Below the pieces are notes generated by a model. The model saw only the letters and a program-made list of their open reading frames with translations, was not told where the DNA came from and made no database searches. The translations under genes and the position numbers were made by a program. From Rotaria socialis (Eukaryota), in assembly GCA_905331295.1 (NCBI GenBank), contig CAJNYD010000400.1:54025-74024 (forward strand): a stretch of DNA of 20,000 bases. The letters run 5' to 3'. Of the stretch, positions 10,996 through 20,000 are shown piece by piece (position 1 is the first letter of the stretch; each line of letters starts with the position of its first letter).

Positions 10996-11474
10996 GGGGT
11001 CATTCACTTTTTTTCTCTTCACTATAACGGGGGGGGGNNNNNNNNNNNNNNNNNNNNNNNNNNNNNNNNNNNNNNNNNNNNNNNNNNNNNNNNNNNNNNN
11101 TGGGAAAGCAACCAGATACTATGTACAAAATTTATTCATAGGATTCTCTCTTTTAATGTAATTTTAATCATTTATACCTTGGAAACTTTGTGACACTTTG
11201 TTTAAAAAACAAAATGTCACTTTACACTGTAATGGCAAAAGTAAAACGTCATTTGACTTTTTGTTTTAGATTCCTATTAGAAACGCTGGTGAGGTGTTCT
11301 AGTTCCTGGTTGTTCTCTATTGAAAAGATGATAATAAAGCAGTTAGTCCTTCACAGGCAAACAGAAAGCAACTAATTCTTCAGATGCCTACAATGAGAAA
11401 AGAGATGACATATAGGGTGGGAAATGAGATTCTAAAATCTAGTAAATATGTTGACATAATAGGTGATTGTCACC
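10996..11474. mobile_element. Nested insertion with TA TSD and imperfect TIRs, spanning an assembly gap
   Basis: AAG-TA|GGGGTCATTCACTTTTTTTCTC ... GACATAATAGGTGATTGTCACC|TA-TTTCGG; the termini match at 15 of 22 positions. Removing the insert plus one TA restores minus-strand CCG AAA TAC TTG ATA TAC GAT AAT GCA TGT (PKYLIYDNAC). Confidence 0.85.
11038..11100. other. Assembly gap (N run) after a poly-G tract
   Basis: 63 Ns; the true length of the nested insertion is therefore unknown. Confidence 1.
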
Positions 11475-13552
11475 TATTTCGGTACTTTACTAGAAAATAA
11501 ATTAATGAAATTCGTTCGTATCATGCATTTCTCCGGAAAAGTTTGACTTACGCTGCTGGTGATAGATGCTCGATCGTATTTAGTAAATGATGAATTACAC
11601 GCATCGGTGATTCCGATCGGTATAATTCATCAAAATTCACGATTATTCCACAATTGTATATTGTCAATATTATACCGTACGATGTTTTTCGACTTGCATA
11701 ACGATCATTCCTAGAAGAAATTATGTAACATACATATATAAATGTCAAGTTAAATGTTACCTTGAAACGTTGCAGTCGATATTATCATAATCATTGCTGT
11801 TGTTAATATCTTCAGTTGATTGGTCATTATTTAGATGAACGTGTTTCGGACAAAAATTGGTGTTTTTCCAAAATCCAGGATTTTTTTTGTCTTGTATCAT
11901 CTCTGGACGAAACCCACATCCCCAATCTATATCACCTAATCAGAAAAATGTTAACGTTTTCAAATAGTTTAAATTTGTTTTTACCTAGTTCATTTGAATG
12001 AATAACATCAGTGAATTGACAAACAAATCGATCTGGTTTTTGAAAGCCGTCAATGACAATTGCACCTGAACAATTATCACCACAGCTGTTTCGAACAGAA
12101 TGATTTGACCAGAATAAAATAAATTGGTGTTCCCATATTGGCAACGTTTCATTAAAGTAAGTGTTCATTTGGTGTCTATCACTCATGTTTAATGGAATTT
12201 GTATTTCTTGTGTTTTTGACAAGAAAATTGTTATTAATGTGGAAGAATATATCATCCAAATATTCTCGAACAATCGACGTTCTAATAGTGGTGGATTTGT
12301 TACTTGATTAGATTGCATATTTGAACGAGATAACAATAATGAGAGCATGGTGTCGTTGTATCCCTCAGCAAAATTTTCAAAACCTGAATACTAAAAAGAT
12401 TTGATTGAAAAGATTTTTCCATTCGTATGATAGAATGGATCATAAGAAACCCAGATCTCTTTCGTTACAATTCTCAGTTTAATTATGCTATCTTTTTTCT
12501 TACCAAGTTTACTAAATCAGCAGCGTATCGTAATACTATCTCAATAGTTAGAACAGATTTTCCACCAAAATGAATATATTTTTTATTTTGTATCGAGCCT
12601 GGAACAACAAATCGCTTCGACATTTTAAGAAAACTATTTGGAAAATAGTCTATTTGACAACAGTTAGCAATGTAAATTGTTCCGTTTTCTACACGATCAA
12701 TCAAAAAAACATTGACTTTTTCTTTAAACTGAAGCTTTAATGATTTGCCACAATTTAAACAAACTGAAGTAAATGGTTTAATAGTATGTAAAGATGATAA
12801 TGTAAGAACATGATGATTATTTGAATAATTGTTAATAAGAACTTTTGCATCCACTTGTGAAAAGAGAGGAAACGCAATTTGCTTGGATTTCAACAAGTTT
12901 AAGATACATTCTATAAAACTAGGATCATATGTTTTGCCAAATACCATATCAATCATATTCGATATATCAATATATTTTGATAATATGCAATCATCAAGTT
13001 CAACATCTAGCTGATTCACAAGATTCAAGTGTTGAATTGGAATATTCCTATTCAAGGATACAATAAATATTTCATTTTCATCGGAATTGCTGTTGTAAAC
13101 ATTGGAAAACATCGGAAAAAAATAAAGCATAAATGTGATTATTCGTATCTTTGATTCAATTATGTGTATTCTTATCAATTTTCAATAAATAACCGTTTTG
13201 GTTTTAACTTCTATTTTTATTCTGCTGATCTAATAAAATGAAAGTCAATTCGAAATTCTCTTTCATTGTTGAATAATATATATATTTCAGAAAAAGACAT
13301 AAATATCAACAAACAGATAAAAGCAAAGCCGTACAATCTTAAATAAAAAGTGATCTGTTTCTATCGCAAATACACATAAGAAAAAAAAGTAAACATGAAA
13401 CTTTCGTTTCATGTGCTCCACATGAAAACGACCGAATTAATCACAACAACGTACATCTAAATTTCGTCCAACTAATTTTCATAAAATACATTTCATATGT
13501 TCAATCAAATATTGTTTCAAACGTTTTGAAAGAAAGTTCATTTCTACTGTCA

Positions 13553-15830
13553 TCATGGTAAAACGTTCTTTTTTTTCTTCAATTTTGATCGTTGTGCTTG
13601 GTATTCTTTCCCTGCATTGGTAAGGTTACGCCATCTCTTAGATTTTCTATTGGAATTTGTCAATTCTGGTTGTTCAGAATCCATTGTTTCATTACACTCC
13701 ATGGACGATGCTAAATATAACTTTGATTAATAACATGAGCTTGAAAATAAAATTGTGAACTTACACTTTTCGTCGTCGAGTTGAGTTATTTCTGTTGAAG
13801 CGCTAAATAATTTACGATGATTTGATGTTGAGGGATCAATAATTTCGTTTTCATTAACGATAATTTCGAGATTAGCATATGGCTTGGCTTTAAAAATTGA
13901 TAGACCATATGAAGTAACATATGTATTGTTTCGTGTATCAACTAAAATATGTTAAACATTTATATTGATGTATAATGTTGTACATAGATTGCTAGCTCGT
14001 TCATATTTGAACATTACTCATGCTTGAACGTTTATAGTCATTTGAGTTATAAAAAAACTTGATGTTTGAACAATATTAGATTATGGCTGATAATTTTCTC
14101 CTATTGATAAGAAAAGTCTCTTATAATAAAAATCATCAAAAGAAAATTTATTCGCTTAAGAAAAGTCTTATAATTGAGAATAAAATGATATTTTTATCGC
14201 AAACAAATCGTTCTAATTTAAGATGATGTTTCATTTATGGTGCAATATTGCTCTAGTACTTATAATAGTGATTTTTGATTGTTTCTACCACACGAGGGAA
14301 AGGATTTGTTCTAATTAGTATGAATAAACAATTTAATCTTCGAAAGAAAAGTTACATATATTTTTATAGATCAAAAAACGTATAAAACATATAATTCGAA
14401 AAAGATTAAAGTTTTGGAATCTTTATTTCCTAATATCATACTATATTGGCATCATCGAATTACTCGAAGTCCATTCGTTTTAGTAAAACGAAGATTAAGT
14501 CAATTTCTGTTTATATTCAAAAATATTTGTAAATATGATCATATGAAACTAATTTAGATTGTCTAGAATAGTCCAATATTTTTCTACAAATTTTACACAA
14601 AATTGTTTTCGTTGCCAATGTATTCTACACATATGCATTAAAGAAGATCTTCTATAATTAGTATGGTTGCCTACACCTGATAATACAGATATTTGATTAA
14701 TGTTTAACATCAAAAGCAATTCTTTTTTTATCAAACTATTTTTCTTGAAATCAGTAAGAAAATTCTATAATAGATAAAACATAGGACGAATGTTTTTCAT
14801 GATATGAAAATAATATTTCAAATACTTGAAAATTAAATGAAGAGTTACGCATCGATAAGCATATCATTTAGCTCAAAGTAAAATGAAACGAATTAATAAA
14901 TACTATACGAATGATCTATTGTATGACATAAATGATCGATGTCAATCAAATACAGCTTACCAGTTTTTAAAGTTGAATAGTAGGTATCCAAATTATATAT
15001 TCCGAATTGGGCTAATAATAATGTAAATTCAATCATATCTGCAACAGATTGTGGAACTTGCTTGAGATAAGCATCGCAGTAGCTGGATTTGTTTGCAAGC
15101 ATTTTATCTTCAATGGTTAATAAGCCATGATCAATCAAGATTTGGCATGCTTTATGAACATCAATCATGTTTGTTTTACACGTTCTATTCAATTTAGTGT
15201 TTGACAGAATAACACTTTCAACCAGTAAAATCTTTTTACACAAAAGTTTCATGCCCTCGGACACAAGTGGATTTCTTACAATGCTAATTTTATTTTCATT
15301 GTGAATCGGAACTAGAACAATATGTTAATAATGAATATGCAAATGTTTTAAAAATTACCAATTTGTTGTTTTGTTACTAAAGTAACATTTGTCGCTGTAA
15401 TGGAATTCAAAGAATTTGCTACTTGTGTGATTATATCAGACAAAATATCATGAATCACAATATCGTTTTGTATTTGATCGCTGTACAATCCTCGAGATGA
15501 GCTTGAGTATTCTAAATACAAACTAAAATTATCATAAAAAAATTGTATGTAATATCTCACGATCATCAAATTTGTTAGAAATCAAAGATTGTTGTCGTTC
15601 AGTACTTTCGATCACAACATCATTCTGCTGAATTTTGCCAATAGTATCAAGTTGATCGAAAGATAATACTGGTAAGTCATATGGATTGTAATTGATACAA
15701 TCCAGAATATCATATAAATCATCTAACAAGAATGAAGTCAAACGAATGATATAACAAATTGACTTACTTTCTTTCGCTAATAAACTATCTTTAATCATCA
15801 CGTTTGTTGTAGAACAACGATTAGTTATAT
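13553..15830 (-). CDS. Spliced coding region with a winged-helix-like repeat and a basic NLS-like tail; either the 3' half of the AAA+ gene or a separate gene
   Basis: Exons 15830-15561, 15511-15359, 15311-14961, 13941-13765 and 13710-13553, in frame with GT-AG introns (one of 1019 bp). Core: KKILLVESVILSNTKLNRTCKTNMIDVHKACQILIDHGLLTIE...AYLKQVP. Tail: RKSKRWRNLTNAGKEYQAQRSKLKKKNVLP*. The 5' end is unresolved. Confidence 0.7.
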
Positions 15831-16367
15831 CTTAACGGAGAGAAAAAAATATTACAATGCTATATTGATACATTCTGTAATTGATAGGCATGAGTAGAGA
15901 TCTATTGTTTATTCGGTCTATCAATCTTCATTAAAAATTCGAATTCTGCATTACTGGCTACTAATGATAATAAATATACAAATTGCGACAAGATAATCGT
16001 TCTCTGTAGAGCAAATATACCAGTTTCATTAGATTAAAAACCGCACGTTTACAAAGGCAATAATAATACACATAAAAATGAATTAACGATTAGGCTTTGT
16101 GTAGAGAATTGTGACGAATCAGTATTCATATGATCTAATTTTTCTGCGCAGTTTATGGTTAAATCTTTAAGCAAATTCTTTATGTTAATAAAAATAATAT
16201 ATTCATTTTAAGAACTTGATCTGTTTATAATGGCTGTGATTGAATAGATTTTTTATCAAATATTGTATTCCTGTATTCATTACGCGATAAGTTCTTAAAT
16301 CATCATAGCTGTTTTAATCGTGCAAACACTGGTTCATAATAGAGAATTTCAATACCGATGCAAAGCT

Positions 16368-18919
16368 TCATTCACCTGTATTTTACAGTCTCAATGTTCT
16401 CAAAACAAAGTCGAACTGGTTTCAACCAAAATACTTACTTGAAAAGGTTAAATCGAAATCAAACCCATTTAGTTTTTCTTTCAATAGACTAATCCATAAT
16501 CTTTGTGTTTCTAAAAGTTCTTTGCCACTTTGACACAACGTTGTACTGTTGCAATCAATGCTTTTAGTATATGTATCTAAATATTGTTTCAGTGTTATTT
16601 CGTAGTTGTAATGCAATTCATTTTGAAAACATAAGATTTGTTCATCATTGGATGGATCAGGCAATTGCTTAATCCAACTTTCAATTGCTCGTGATCCAGC
16701 TTTAATATATTTGCCTCTCTTAATGAACGATTTCTTTTCCAAATTCGATAAGACTTCCTTTACATCAATCTTATTTCTTTTATGATCTAAAAGTATAAAA
16801 ACAATGAGATATTGGTAATTGATAAACTGATCAAATTAATTACTATGAAATACACCACTATGAGTAAGATCACTAATCGAGAAGCAATTGACATGATGTT
16901 CAATTATTTTTAATTCGTTAATGGTATTATTTTTAGCTACATTTGTATCAGTGTTAAATAATTTTATTGACTGTGGTAATAAAAGTTTATCAAAAAAATA
17001 AACAGCTGCTTTGGCTGCTGACAATGTAACTTTCATCGAAGATAATGGTGATTTCAATACACTTTTTATTTGAACTTCAGGTAAGTCTTTCAAGTCAATA
17101 TGATCAGGATATAAGCCACTTTCTGTATGAATATCACTAATAATGAATAACCATTTCAAATATACATATATATACATATAATTATCCTAAGGGCATTGAA
17201 AAATAAGTTCTCTGTTTTCTACTTATGTAATTTCACAGTTACTCTGTAGGAAAAAATAGATACTACGGAAACCTTTTTTCAAAACGTTGATCTATGCATT
17301 GTAAAATGACTCCTTTTACCAGCATTATTTTTTATTCGAACACACTCCGGTAACAAAAGGAGAGTCGATAGATTTACTGCTAACATTCATAGAATAAAAA
17401 GTAGATGAATGATTTATATACATACTTATTCTTTTTTGATATTTAAAAGGCATATGAGATATTAACAAAGCAAAAATAAAATCGCAGATGAACATTTGTT
17501 TTAAGTTTCATGTTCTTCTCTATTAGTTTTATACTTACCTATTATCTTTTTGTTGATAGAAATTACGATCAACATTGGCCTTAATTTTTTCAAAAGTATG
17601 CTTTTGAATACGATGAAAATCGATTGAATCAATGTCTTGCAAAACCATTACTGTATCAAAAAGATTCTGAAAAATAACCGCAATGCGTTCGATTAAATCA
17701 GCGCTACGCCGTTGACATGCCTCTAAAAAAAAGATTTTTTTTTGATAACATAAAAATAAAATAATGACCTGCTCGTTTATTAGATGGAATAGTTGTTGAA
17801 ATTTCATCACAACTGTGATTGCTTCGCATCGCCGATAAGATTGGTTTTAGATAAGCTGATGTATCTTCATCATAAATATATATGCGGTGACCGATTTCCA
17901 TACGGGTAATAAATAGATACTCGAGTGATGGTAAGTTGTTTTTCATATCATGCTTTTCTTCAACAAAGTTCTTCTTACTAATGACCCAATATAGAAATCT
18001 TTCATATAAACCTAATAACCAATCAAAATATTTAAAAAAATACTATATTTTAAAAAGAATTTTACTTACCATTCGTCTGATGTGCATCGTAGAAATGCTC
18101 CAATAATTGTGGCCAACGATCCCCAGTAGTTGGTATTAAGACGGTTAGGCTTCGATCGTGAATATTATTGTTTTGTCTCACTGTTGATCGCTGCAACTTA
18201 TATACTCCATTGAAACCACATATTAAGTTAGGATGTATTTCTTTCGCTTTTATTGAATTTGGTTCAAAAAAAGCGAAGTCTGTCAACGGACGATCTTCAT
18301 CAGATGAGATGAATTTCTAAAGCAAAATTAAGCATTTTTCAATTCGAAAGTAACAGCAGTATAATCGTACCGACGACATTTCTAATTCGGAAATTAGTTT
18401 AGCAGTAGTTAAACTTTCCATGCATGTAGTAGAAAATTTGTTATTATTATCAATAAATTGTTCTCTATAATAACGTTCAACAAAATCAAAAGCTTCTCTA
18501 ACAGGTTTTATATAACCGGATTTATGAGATACTATGCAGAAAACAATAATATACTTATTCAATAGAAAATTAAAAACATATACCTGAATTTCCACGTAAA
18601 ATACCATACAACTTTAAATTAGTATATTCCATTTTATCTTTGTCATATAATTTTGATTCAGAAGACCTATAAAAGCAAAAACTATCTAGGATGTTTTTAG
18701 AATAAGAATTTACCAATGCATAAATGAAATTAACACGCACCAGAATAGCGTTAAATCATTTAGTTTTTTACTTCGATAGTTTTCAAAGATCTTTACCAAA
18801 TAAGGTTGATCAGGAAAAAAATCACTTAAGTTATAAGATGCTGTTAATGCCTCACAAAATTCCACGTTGAGACAATCAAGTTCATTTAATTCCTTTATCC
18901 ATTCCGTTCGTTTAGACAT
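16368..18919 (-). CDS. DUF3987/YfjI-like (MCM-related) AAA+ P-loop NTPase with a C-terminal winged-helix-like domain, ~590 aa
   Basis: Exons 18919-18714, 18666-18584, 18531-18371, 18316-18070, 18011-17769, 17722-17539, 17136-16844, 16786-16439 and (tentatively) 16375-16368 join in frame. Motifs in order: Walker A-like LYGILRGNSVSHKS, Walker B KFISSDE, Arg-finger-like NGLYERFLYW, lid helices ADLIERIAVIFQ and VTLSAAKAAVYFF. The exon structure is solid; the family call is by eye. Confidence 0.7.
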
Positions 18920-19880
18920 AATAGAAATCAATAAAATTACAAGTAGCTAAAAGTAAATCTATAAAGAGTAAATGATGAGGGATACTAGACAAATCGATTC
19001 CAAAGAACATTTCATTGAAGATATCTAAGCACAATTTATTAAATAAGTCCTTTTCTTCAATAAATAATTATTCAACAGGTGCTTTATGTTGTAGATATAT
19101 TCTCGCATGTGGAAAACAAAGCATATAAGCAACAGGTACTATACACAGATATTGAAAATCTACTAGTTACATTAGAATCTTAAATAATATTATCAATACA
19201 TGTAACAGGTAAAATAAAACATACATACTACTGGTAACATGGTTAACAAGAATCAACAGTAATTTAGAAGTCATAAGATACAGAAAATCACATAAAATAT
19301 CTATCACAATAGGAACGCAACATTCTAAATACTACCATAGAATATCCGATGTTGTATTTTACAACCAAATGATCTATTTAGATTAAAATTTGGTATATAT
19401 ACACCGACTAATAGAATATACGGACAACAAGGGTCCATTATAAAACAAAGCAAGCAAAAAAATGAATATATTGCCATTACAGACGGAGAGTGGTGACAAT
19501 GCTATCTAACAAACACCTCAGATAATGGCCCATAAGTACTAGTCCGTAACCGTAAAAGCCCTTAAAAAAATTTATTAGAAGAAAAAACTTTTAAGAATAT
19601 ATTTGAATCATATGTGACGGAATAAAATTCTACAGACTACAAATTTCCGCAAAAGCCTTCAAACTGCTAAAATCAAATACCACTCGACAGATGGCAGTTT
19701 ACATTACATTGCATTCGTAAAGCAATTTGATCTTCGATGCATTTCATATAACTAATCCTATCAATACAAAAATTTCAAAAAAATTCCAATGAATTAGCCA
19801 GGTTCACAATCCACTTCGAAAAATCCATTCAATACCAACTCGACAAAAATTCTCCTCAATTCCCCAATATTGAAATAAAA

Positions 19881-20000
19881 CCAAATGCACTCAAATTCCT
19901 CAGCTCTGAGGATATACAAAAATGGATACCCATTCTCGTTACACCAAATGCACTCAAATTCCTCAGCTCTGGGGATATATAAAAATGGATACCCATTCTC
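19881..20000 (-). repeat. 63-bp tandem array (right), inverted relative to 8867-8991; runs off the window
   Basis: CCAAATGCACTCAAATTCCTCAGCTCTGAGGATATACAAAAATGGATACCCATTCTCGTTACA starts at 19881, and a partial second unit starts at 19944. It is the reverse complement of the left unit with only a few substitutions. Confidence 0.95.

Larger units (their letters stand above)
10592..13112 (-). pseudogene. KDZ (Kyakuja-Dileera-Zisupton) transposase with CxC5/CxC6-like cysteine clusters; 571 aa when reconstructed, interrupted by an insertion
   Basis: Exons 13112-12504, 12390-11985, 11935-11761, 11710-11552, 11489-11475 + 10993-10901 and 10850-10592, all GT-AG and in frame. Motifs: CLNCG...NCCQIDYFPNSF; SGFENFAEGYN; CGDNCSGAIVIDGFQKPDRFVC; WGC...FCPKH; SYGIILTIYNCGIIVNFDELYRSES; KVPK|YLIYDNAC; FVVDKFHIGNHKRAMC; NTVVCEQTNS. 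Confidence 0.88.
8837..20000 (-). mobile_element. Large (>11 kb) KDZ-class DNA transposon with inverted subterminal 63-bp arrays; right end outside the window
   Basis: The same 63-bp repeat occurs in opposite orientations at 8867-8991 and 19881-20000. These arrays enclose a KDZ transposase gene and an AAA+/wHTH gene, and the left edge coincides with a truncated host exon. The TSD cannot be seen. Confidence 0.7.

Noticed and set aside
10724..10996. Plus-strand ORFs 10724-10996, 11816-12001 and 12829-13014
   Set aside because: They are antisense shadows of the transposase exons.
14549..14765. 61-aa minus-strand ORF as the terminal exon of the wHTH gene
   Set aside because: It is phase-compatible, but the exon at 13941 completes the internal repeat better. 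This ORF probably lies in the 1019-bp intron, although alternative splicing is not excluded.

Overview
AT-rich eukaryotic DNA with many ~50-bp GT-AG introns. This style is consistent with a bdelloid rotifer or similar small invertebrate (inference only). Bases 1-8.8 kb are decayed host sequence: an HSL-family alpha/beta-hydrolase pseudogene, an inverted repeat pair, a TTAA-flanked Kolobok-like MITE, a hAT MITE with an 8-bp TSD, and a host exon that stops abruptly at ~8836. From ~8837 to beyond the window end lies what looks like one large (>11 kb) DNA transposon, bounded by inverted arrays of a 63-bp repeat (8867-8991 and 19881-20000). It carries tandem minus-strand spliced genes: (i) a DUF3987/YfjI-like (MCM-related) AAA+ NTPase followed by two winged-helix-like repeats, as one or two genes (18919-13553), and (ii) a KDZ-class (Kyakuja-Dileera-Zisupton) CxC5/CxC6 transposase (13112-10592). 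A TA-duplicating insertion interrupts the transposase just before its YDNAC motif. The pairing of a KDZ transposase with an AAA+/wHTH gene inside repeat-bounded ends is the candidate new system. Family calls come from motif recognition by eye; no database search was run.
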